64,000 bases of DNA from Octopus sinensis (taxonomy: Eukaryota). Position numbers and translations under genes: made by a program. Location of the stretch: the NCBI RefSeq assembly GCF_006345805.1, contig NC_043009.1, forward strand, positions 37,262,001 through 37,326,000, written 5' to 3'. Every line of letters starts with the position of its first letter. The first letter of the stretch is position 1. The notes under the pieces were generated by a model that made no database searches, was not told the origin of the DNA, and saw only the letters and a program-made list of their open reading frames with translations. Shown piece after piece: positions 53,972 through 64,000 of this stretch.

Positions 53972-54002
<31 letters not shown>

Positions 54003-54908
54003 GTGTGTGTGTGTGTTGAGTGTGGGTGTGTGTGTGTACGTATATATATATATATATAATTATATAATATATATATAAAAACATTCATATATATATACAA
54101 GTATATACACAGAAACACACATATATATATATATGTGTATGTTACACGTGAAGTATAGAGTTGGTCCCCATTCTTAAATGTAACACGCGTATACACCACT
54201 TTTTATTTACAGTAAGTTTATATATATATATTATATATATATATATATATATTTGTTTGACTCTACTCTTGCTTTTTTTCCTCTCTCGAAACTTTTGCTT
54301 CTATTTCTAGCCTGTCCATTTCCCCGTTTTTTTCTCTCTCTTACCTTCTGACTTGTATTTGTAACCTTTCTCCTTCCTCTTTCCCCCTTTCTACCTGCTG
54401 CTGACACGTGACCCGTGGTCAGCATTTCTTCATCCCCCTCCTCTTTCACACCGCAGCCCAGCTGTTCGGTCGCAAACAATTTTCTCCGTCTTGCTATTTC
54501 CTGTTTTCTATATCCTTCAGGATATCTTCTGTTACCTACCATTCTTGCCCTTTTGGCCCTAATGCCGTATTTTGCTCGTTTCCTATTTATTTCATCTTTG
54601 TCCATCATCTTAAATTACATTTTTTTTTTTTTGTTTGCTTGAGGCCCTATTCTCTGCGACTTTCGCAGGCACTGCCAGCCTGGGAAGCCCTAAGTCTTAT
54701 CATTAAAGGTGCGAAACTGAGTATTACCATTTGGTTGATAACTGACGAAAAGGTAGGGACCCTCAGTGTGTGCTTCTCATCCGGTTGTATATGTATATAT
54801 TTTTTATCTGTCGTTGTTTAAATACTATGATTTTTTCATTTGTTAGTAACGGTATGCACGCACACACTTTTTATTAACAGTAATTATATATATATATATA
54901 TATATATA

Positions 54909-55298
54909 TCTTTATATATAAAAGTCAAGTTGTGTGTCTGTCTCCTACGATTTAGATTCCTAACTACTCCCACATTTTGCGGTGCAGTTTAACAAAACCG
55001 GGTATCTTATAGTCGTGATTCAGATCGAGCCCTTCTGGGTATTAGCGCGTCTACGATGAGTCTACGATTTTTTAAAAAATTACCATCATTTTTTTCCATT
55101 TTAATGCATTTTTTCGATATTATATAAGGGAAGTAACTCTCTAAAAATGTCTACGATGATCAACGATTTTTTAAAAAAATTTACCATCATTTTTTTCCAT
55201 TTTAATGCATTTTTTGCTATTTTTTTGGCTATAACTCTCTAAAAATGCTTATATAGTTATTTCCCTTACAAACCCGAGCAACGCGGGGATACTGCTAG
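54909..55298 (+). mobile_element. Non-autonomous Helitron in the last intron of the channel gene
   Basis: a|TC start, subterminal hairpin cccgagcaacgcggg, CTAG|t end, no TSD. Internal ~95-bp tandem duplication. Confidence 0.85.
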
Positions 55299-55332
<34 letters not shown>

Positions 55333-56664
55333 ATATATATATATGGGAATGTTACAAATAAAGAATGGAGTTGCTGGTATTACATTTATTCTATGGTTAA
55401 CAAACATTTCAATAATGTGTGAGTGGCAAATCAAATAACATACATGAACCCAAGGATGATAACAATGATCATCAAATCGATTATATAATGCATATTACAT
55501 AACGATCAACCCACAGCCATTTAGTCATAATCTTGCGAATAAGTAAATTACAGTTGCAAATTAGATGATTTTATATATACAGAAACCTTACAGTATTTCA
55601 GTGGGAATTTACTTGATTTCAGAAGGCGAAGTTAATGTTAGAAGTTAGCCAAAGCATTACACTAGACATCTACAGCATTAGATAACACAACACGATACTG
55701 GATTACACCGTGAGAAATTGAGAATTAATGAATAGTGTGGTACATTACAGTTTTGATTGAATAAACGAATGAATAAAGCACCACCGCACATCCAAACGGA
55801 TACAATGAAATTCACTATGAATGGCTTGTTCGTAAATGTACGACGAAAGTCGTTGGCATTCAGTGATACGTACCGCTGTAAGGACAGTTGATGTTATAAT
55901 TCCTTGAGTTATCTAAATCTCAACTTTGTTCTGACTGAGTCTATTTATAATATCTAGATGATGTTTCGAACAGTTTGGTCTTTAAGGGCCAGTCATTAGG
56001 TATCTTAGTTTATTGGATAAGAACATTATTATCTTTAGTTTACAAATAATCGTTCCTGATTTCACTTAGAAATGACGATGGGACAAAGTTTAACTTTCTC
56101 TTTCACTCCTCATCTTCATCGTCATAAACCGCTGGACTTTTACTGTTTCGAGTCGTAGGACTTATAATGCTCATTTTCTGTGTTTCCGTGACGAGTAAGT
56201 GACCGAGATTACAACGTTCTCCTTGAATGAGATGCCAGTCCGTCACAAGGTTTTTTCATTTGTAGTTCAGTAGACTGGAGCAACGTTATACGAAGTGTTT
56301 AACTCAAGAATACAACGTACCGCCAGGTCAGGGGATCGAAACCGTGATCTTGCGCTCGTGAGAGTAACACCCTAAACACTAGGCCACATGCCTTCACTAT
56401 TCATCCCTCTAGGATCAGCAAAATAACTAACGATGGGTTACTGTGGTCGAACTACTTTGTCTCCCATTCTTCTTTCTCTTTCTGATGAGCTGTATAGCAC
56501 CTGAGCACTATATACAATTAGTTTATTATTATTCTTTTTATAATCAAAATACTTTTACGACAGTGTTAGAACTTCTTATACGTATTACTCTATGAACAAA
56601 AACTGAACATATGTGTTTTGAATACTATCATAACATGGCACCAACAATTTACTTTTATACTTAC

Positions 56665-57050
56665 AAAAACAGCTAGCGAAACTTTCTCGGGGTCCATCTG
56701 CAAGGGACGGTTTCTTAAATACCGTTTTATCTCTCTGCGATTCAAAACATTGACCACAGCATATTCTAGAAGTGCGAGAAAGACGAATATGAGACAGATA
56801 GCCATCCAGATATCTATAGCTTTGATGTAAGAAACTTTGGGAAGAGCGGAGACGGCTGCAGCCGTTTGACTGGTCATCGTTAACACTGTGAGAACACCCA
56901 ATGATGTGCGGGCTGGGACAGCGTCTATGTTTAGCCAAAATGAAAACCATGATACCAAGACGGTCAATGAACATGGACAGTATATGTTGAGAATGTAGAA
57001 ACCCATATTTCTCTTCAAATGAAATTCAGCTCTTAGACAGGAGAATGTTT
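56665..57050 (-). CDS. Cys-loop ligand-gated anion channel subunit, exon encoding beta10 and M1-M3
   Basis: Acceptor attatttcag|, donor TTT|gtaagt. Encodes ETFSCLRAEFHLKRNMGFYILNIYCPCSLTVLVSWFSFWLNIDAVPARTSLGVLTVLTMTSQ...LPKVSYIKAIDIWMAICLIFVFLALLEYAVVN, closely matching GlyR alpha M1-M3 with the anion-selective PAR motif. Confidence 0.96.
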
Positions 57051-57105
57051 CTGAAATAATAAAATTACAGGGTTTTAGAAACGGTTTAATTTAACACACA
57101 CACAA

Positions 57106-57141
<36 letters not shown>

Positions 57142-57145
<4 letters not shown>

Positions 57146-57315
57146 AAAAATACGAAGAACAAACACAAAAATACAACAACGGTAGTACAACGCACAGGGA
57201 AGAGAAGAAAGGTGGCTTTACATTTCGACCAAAGCTCTTCATCAGAAACAGAGGAAAGTCCAATAGAAAAGGAAGACGGAGGGAAAAAATCGCCAACGGT
57301 TCACATGTGGTTACA
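57142..57315 (-). mobile_element. Short Penelope-like element with hammerhead motif, ~90 bp upstream of the M1-M3 exon acceptor
   Basis: Minus strand ttt-CTGATGA-a-gagc-ttt-ggtc-GAAAtgta-aag. Homologous to 2432-2640. Confidence 0.6.
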
Positions 57316-57566
57316 CCGCGTGCACAGACACACACACACATACACACACACACACACACATAGGTATGTATGTATGTATGCATGTATGTATACGTATAGA
57401 TATATATATATGTATATACATATATATATACATATATGTACACACATACCCAGATATACACAAAAATACATATTCATGTACACACACACATACACTCATA
57501 TATATACACACATATATGTATATTACATAATATAGTGTGTGTGTGTGTCTCTCTCCTCTCTCTTCC

Positions 57567-57666
<100 letters not shown>

Positions 57667-58349
57667 GGAAGTTCACTCAAAATTCGTGCTGGTCGACTCG
57701 GACACTCAGTAAGGAACGACTCAAAGGAAACATGCGAATCGGCTGAACAACACGAAATGGACACGAGAACATGAGGTGGAAACGAGTGCCAGCGGACGTG
57801 TAGCTCATATTCGTATCACAGCCCAAGCAATACGGCCCGAAATACAAACAGCCGTGGTGCAGCTGCTTGATGCGCTGAGGTGCGCCTAAAATAGCGCCGT
57901 CGTTTCAAGTATGTTAGGGCATGTTTTCGAGGCCAGACTATAAGTATAAGTATTACATATTAATGAACCCCAAAATGACACCTAGGTTAACAAGGAAAAC
58001 CTCTACAGGGATAAGCCTTGAGTTATCCGTAATAAAAGATATGGCTTGCATAGCATCACACTTGATCTTAGACAAAATTCACAAATACAAAGCAGATACT
58101 AAATTATTACAAATGGTTTCGGATCAAATATTACATTGGCTGGACCTGTCAGGGTTTTTACTCGGCATAGCGCCCTTCTAGACAAGCTGCCATCACCATG
58201 GTTGATGGATTCAAAGTGTATCCATTTTCCACTCTTGTCAGTGATCTTATAGTGCGCTTACTCATCATCCCGAATGTCATTATGTCCACGCACATTATTG
58301 CTAAACAGCTGTTTGTTCTATGTTGAGTTTGGCTGTCTTTTAATTTTTT

Positions 58350-58722
58350 TTTACTTGTTTCAGTCATGTGACTCTGGCCATGCTGGAGCACCGCCTTTTA
58401 GTCGAGCAAATCGACCCCCAGGACTTATTCTTTGTAAACCTAGTACTCATTCTATCGGTCTCTTTTGCCGAACTGCTAAGTTACGGGGGCGTAAACACAC
58501 CAGCATTGGTTGTCAAGCGATGTTGAGGGGACAAACACAGACACACAAATACATACATATATACGACGGGCTTCTTTCAGTTTCCGTCTACCAAATCCAC
58601 TCACAGGGCTTTGGTCGGCCCGTTGTTATAGTAGAAGACACTTGCCCAAGGTGCCACGCAGTGGGACTGAACCCAGAACCATGTGGTTGGTAAGCAAGCT
58701 ACTTACCGCACAGCCACTCCTA
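58350..58722 (-). mobile_element. SINE family B, full length, intronic
   Basis: Matches the B consensus. Confidence 0.9.
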
Positions 58723-58973
58723 CGCTACGATAATGAGTAATTTTTCTTTTTATCTTTGTTCGGTCATGCTTGGTTTCTAGTAAACTCCCTCACCGGGATA
58801 CTCTGTTCAGGCACCAATATAGTCACCGACGAACTGAGTATATAACAGGTAATACATACACCTATAAATATTTATACACATATAAAGAAACGCACATACA
58901 CAACTATATATACATTCGTGACAAATATATTGCATGACTATCAGCATGTGACTTGGATATAGAATATAGAATA

Positions 58974-59347
58974 GGAAGCACTCCGTCGGTTACGACGACG
59001 AGGGTTCCGGTTGATCCGAATCAACGGAACAGCCTGCTCGTGAAATTAACGTGTAAGTGGCTGAGCACTCCACAGACACGTGTACCCTTAACGTAGTTCT
59101 CGGGGATATTCAGCGTGACACAGCGAGTGACAAGGCCGGCCCTTTGAAATACAGGTACAACAGAAAGAGGAAGAAAGAGTGAGAGAAAGTTGTGGTGAAA
59201 GAGTACAGCAGGGATCACCACCATCCCCTGCCGGAGCCTCGTGGAGCTTTTAGGTGTTTTCGCTCAATAAACACTCACAACGCCCGGTCTGGGAATCGAA
59301 ACCGCGATCCTATGACCGCGAGTCCGCTGCCCTAACCACTGGGACAT
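58974..59347 (-). mobile_element. SINE family C, intronic
   Basis: Near identical to 28717-29100. Confidence 0.92.
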
Positions 59348-59802
59348 TAAATATATAATCATACGTAGTAACAAATCAGTAAAGGCTCTCTACTTTTCAA
59401 ATCGCCATTGTCCTTAATGGTGTTCATACATTGAACATTAAATTGCTCTACACTGAGTTTGGTCTCGAGTGTATTCATATTGAAGTACTTATTAAGTTTT
59501 GTTTGATAATATCATTCGAGCATAGATAAAACAGATTAAAAGAGTGGTGCGATAATGGCAGAAAATTCTTAGTATATTCTTTATTCATATAGTACGTGAA
59601 ACTAGATTGTGTGTATACACGCACATACACGCACACACACGCGCGTACACGAACATGCACACGCACACACACGTACGCGTACGCAAATGCACGCATATGC
59701 ACACAGACATACATACATAGACACTCACACGTATGCGTACATACAGACAAATATTTGTATATGTGTTTTTCTGAGCGTATAAGCATTAAGCTAATACGCA
59801 GA

Positions 59803-59945
<143 letters not shown>

Positions 59946-60011
59946 CTATTAGCAAAAATGATAACAACACTGCTAATACTACTAATAATCGACAATACCA
60001 TTATCACCACC

Positions 60012-60060
<49 letters not shown>

Positions 60061-60867
60061 CACCATCACGATTAAATGCTTTGCTGCATCTAGTTTACTA
60101 TGTTCTGTGTTCAAAATCTTTCCTTGCCGTTTTTCCTTTCATCTTTCTAAGGATGACAAAAAAAAAATATCAATCTAGAACTGGGTTCTGCTTAACTGAC
60201 TATTCCTTAACTGAAACATATATTCTTTTTGCTGTTGTAAAATAAGAAGTTATCGTGATTTGGATGCTACGAGGATCAGATCGCTGAGACTGCTATCGTC
60301 AACTATCGTCTGTTCTGTGATATTTGTTCGAACTCACAGATTTCTTCGCTCCTATCTTTATTGGTGTGTATCACAATTGTTAGCCCAGAATCAACAATAA
60401 TAAAAAAAGCTGTTGTATGATCAAGGAAGTGATTACTTTGCTGAAGGGCACAACCAGAAAATAAAAACCATACCGTCGTTAATTTATGACTCATAACTAT
60501 GTGAAAGATTGAGTTAAAAATTTCTGGTGTTATTGCGGTTGTCCTGTTGTGTTGTCAGACCGTACAGATTTGTAGAATCAGAAAACATCTCTGCGAAAAA
60601 ATCTTCACTTTATGTGGTATATTGTACGGATCTTTTCCGTTTGGTTGCTAGCGGGTCCAAAAATTAAAGTTTGCCGAAAATTTTTAAAATTTGGCGCAAT
60701 AATACACAAACTGAATTGGTGGAGTTATTTCATTTTTTCCTGGAAAATGTTTTTAAAAAGTTATAGAGGTTTAAAGTTTGATCGTCTTCACCCAGTGAAG
60801 AAACAGGATTTGGAAGCTGTCATTTTGTGCGTGACTGCACATTTTGTCGTCAACATCCTGAAAATAG

Positions 60868-61020
60868 CTATTTCTTTACTACCCACAAGGGGCTAAACAC
60901 AGAGGGGACAAACAAGGACAGACAAACGGATTAAGTCGATTACATCGACCCCAGTGCGTAACTGGTACTTAATTTATCGACCTCGAAAGGATGAAAGGTA
61001 AAGTCGACCTCGGCGGAATT
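60868..61020 (-). mobile_element. SINE family A 3' part, intronic; opposite-strand diverged copy at about 61850-61990
   Basis: A core in reverse complement. Confidence 0.85.
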
Positions 61021-62706
61021 GTGTTGTCAATATTTGTAAACAGCACGTGATATGTCTCCGGTAATTTTCTTTCATGCAAATAAATCTTATTTAGCTGTTA
61101 TTTTTAGCACACCTCGCAACCACCAAATGCGATAAACACTTTACAGTTTTTAACAGAAAGGTTTAGAAGAATTAGATGAAAGTTGTCCAGTAATTTAACT
61201 TTCATGTAAATAAATGTTTATACTAATTTAAAAGAGAAAAACAGTTTTAAATCTTTGAGCGAGATGTTGGCAAATAAACCTTAGCTTAAAAGATTTATCC
61301 AAAAAAATCTTATTAACTGTTATTTTCAGCACACCTCACAGCCACCTCAATGCTCAATGGCAAAAAGAAACGAGTAAACAAACATTTGTCAACACGTGCT
61401 TCCTCACAGATAAAAGACTCTCCAAAGACTGTTACAATGGCAACAAGCAAAAGAGTTCTCATGTTTCCGCTTCTTACTATCGAAACAGACATGATTATGC
61501 CTGTGGCTCACGGTTGGCTAAAATTACCAAAATTTTAAATTTTTAATTACTAATAACTCTTTATTTATTGATTTATAGCGAAAACTAGTTGCAGCCTATA
61601 AAAGTGTATTATTACACTGAATATGAAATCACTTGGAATAGAAAATTGACGCTGGCAGCAGCTGGCAACCAAACAGAAAAGATCCTGTTGTACAAATGGT
61701 TGAGGGAAGATCTGATAACGGGGCTATGACCAAGTGATATTCGACCAATCAACATGTCTGACACGTTCGACTACCGCAAGTGGGTTTTTGTCCCTTACTC
61801 CCATTTTGGCTTCGATATTCAGTCTAGATAAGGTGAAGAGATGACAGATGGTTAGCAATATTTCTCCCGGCTCTTTACATTCTGAGTTCAAATACCGCCA
61901 AGATCAACTTTGCCTTTCATTCTTTCGAGATCGATAAAATAAGTACCAGTTGAGCCGAAAAATTTCTGGCTTTTTGTCTATAGTAGAAATAAATATACAA
62001 TCTAGATATCGATACCTTTGAAATGTTCGACGTCTCACGTTCGGCCACTGAACTGTGAACTCTTTCACCATGTATTTTCTATATATATATGCATCTTCAC
62101 ATACTTTACCATCATATACCTAAACTTTTCAGCGATTAGTGTAGCTATTGCAGAGATAATAATTATTCAATATTTTTTTAAAGACTTACAAAACTCTTAC
62201 TTTGTATTCTTGATTTTTCTCATTACTTTTCACGTCAATTTTTTTTTTTTTCATGTTTAGGAGTATTGCTTCCATTTAAAAAGAAGTCATTTTTAACGTC
62301 TTCTGTTAACACTCGTTTATGCAACAATATATTATTATCTTCTTATTGTGATTGCTGTTCTGATGGGGTTTTATTGCAAATGATCTCGTTTTCTTCTTTT
62401 TTTGTTTTCTATGCTTTATGGCAGCAAATCTATGTGCGTCTCTATATTTCCATCTTCTGTCTGTTACTGCAAATATTTTTCTCATGATGATCATCATCAG
62501 CATCAGCATCAACATCATTACTACAATCACCACCACCACTGCCACCATCACCATTGCTACCATCATCATCATCATCATCATCATCATCACTTTTGCTATA
62601 TTATTCATGCAAATGTATCTAGGGTCATATTATCAAATGCGTCCGTCTATTTTTTTTTTTTTAAAGATGGTAGGAGTAATTTGAGAATGACTTAGTTATT
62701 TCAATT

Positions 62707-62737
<31 letters not shown>

Positions 62738-63116
62738 CGATCCTCATTATCATCACCGCCACATATTACCTAATGTGCCCTCCCATTCTTTTTTTTAAAG
62801 ATGGCTGGGTAGATGTGAGAAAGATTTGATTATTTCTTTTCTTAGCAGGTTGAGCAAAAATGCAGAGCCTTTTTAGCTTATTATTATTATTCCTCTTATT
62901 GCTGCCATTGCTGTTGCTGTTACATCTTTTGCTGCAGTTGACATTATTCAAATGAGTCTTTATTTTTTTATTTTTTAAAGATTTAACACTGTCTTGTTTT
63001 TCTTTGTATAAACATCAGATCTATTTATAGTAAAAAGACGTTCGCTGATCTTGTATTCTTTTTGCCTAAGATTTTCCAGGAAGGAAAAAAAAGTATGAAG
63101 AATTATTTACACTAAC

Positions 63117-63263
63117 CTTCATTATTCATGATGCTATTGCAGTCACATATGGACCATTTAGTGATTTCAAACTGTGGCATTATGTGGACGGCTTTGATCA
63201 TTTGCAGCGCTTTGTCATGGTTGTCGTTCCAATGGAATTGTAGCCTCTTTTCTGTATAAGCAA
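63117..63263 (-). CDS. Cys-loop ligand-gated anion channel subunit (GlyR/GluCl-like), internal exon covering loop B to loop C
   Basis: Acceptor ttctctcgttacag before 63263, donor GAAG|gttagt after 63117. Encodes xAYTEKRLQFHWNDNHDKALQMIKAVHIMPQFEITKWSICDCNSIMNNE, which aligns with GlyR FGYT..LIFEW..LPQFIL..C. Phase 1 joins in frame to the next exon. Confidence 0.9.
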
Positions 63264-63300
63264 CTGTAACGAGAGAACATATACACACATACAATGTAAT

Positions 63301-63683
63301 GGAAGCACTCCGTCGGTTACGACGATGAGGGTTCCGGTTGATCCGACCAATGGAACAGCCTGCTCGTGAAATTAACGTGTAAGTGGCTGAGCACTCCACA
63401 GACACGTGTACCCTTAACGTAGTTCTCGGGGATATTCAGCGTGACACAGCGAGTGACAAGGCCGGCCCTTTGAAATACAGGTACAAAAACAGAAGCGGAA
63501 GAGAAGAGTGAGAGAAAGTTGTGGTGAAAGATACAGCAGGGATCACCACCATCCCCTGCTGGAGCCTCGTGGAGCTTTAGGTGTTTTCGCTCAATAAACA
63601 CTCACAACACCCAGTCTGGGAATCGAAACCGCGATTCTACGACCGCGAGTCCGCTGCCCTAACCACTGGGCCATTGCGCCTCC
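63301..63683 (-). mobile_element. SINE family C just upstream of the exon acceptor
   Basis: Full length. Near-TSD acaatgtaat (63291-63300) / acaacgtaat (63684-63693). Confidence 0.92.
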
Positions 63684-64000
63684 ACAACGTAATAAACTGA
63701 ATATGAGTGTAGAAGCAATCACAGCAAAGGAGTGTAAGACCTGTCACATAGAGGATTCGGATATCTATCTGACACATCAAGGCAGCGTGAAACTTGTTTC
63801 GTAGGGGTAAATTTTGGACGCACGTTACACCAAGACAATCTTCCTGTCTGGTAGAAATTATGTTGCAGTAAGTTAGTGGATTTTTTTTTACCATAAGAGA
63901 GGTAACGGAATGAGACAATCTGGTGCAGCTGTTTGGACGCAGATGCTTTGACACCGCTGACGCGAACTTCAGCCTCTTTGGTAATAGTACGTTTTGGCAC

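Noticed and set aside
54231-54821. 125-137 aa ORFs in the last intron as an extra M3-M4 loop exon
   Set aside because: Low complexity purine/pyrimidine-biased sequence next to TA tracts, resembling the repeat at about 36760-37400; no convincing splice sites or homology.
56482-56516. CTGATGAG followed by a hairpin as a hammerhead
   Set aside because: No GAAA after the stem, so the core is incomplete.
57921-58340. Possible Penelope RT relic (HLILDKIHK..MVS)
   Set aside because: Only a faint resemblance to the PKIHK motif; too weak to call without a profile search.
63637-64000. Cys-containing ORFs upstream of the channel exon as the Cys-loop exon
   Set aside because: No C-x13-C with an FPxDxQ motif; the real exon must lie beyond the window.

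Overview
AT-rich, microsatellite- and transposon-saturated eukaryotic DNA. The SINE families look like those of octopods (coleoid cephalopods); this assignment is an inference. The one well-supported host gene is on the minus strand: the last three coding exons (63117-63263, 56665-57050, 53152-53313) of a glycine-receptor/GluCl-like Cys-loop channel subunit with an anion-type PAR motif. Its 5' exons lie beyond 64000. Most of the rest is repeats: three or more tRNA-derived SINE families (one forming tandem multimers), decayed Tc1/mariner, hAT, Gypsy, CR1, L1/Tx1, RTE and RLE-type relics, a Helitron, a Mutator-like MITE and many foldback hairpins. Most listed ORFs are microsatellite or SINE artefacts. 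Best leads: (1) a ~49-bp inverted repeat bracketing the channel's M4 exon, with a possible in-frame alternative last exon downstream; (2) short elements beside (TA)n tracts carrying minimal hammerhead-ribozyme motifs; (3) two elements that join unrelated long hairpins to a shared ~55-bp tail. All alignments and family calls were made by eye.
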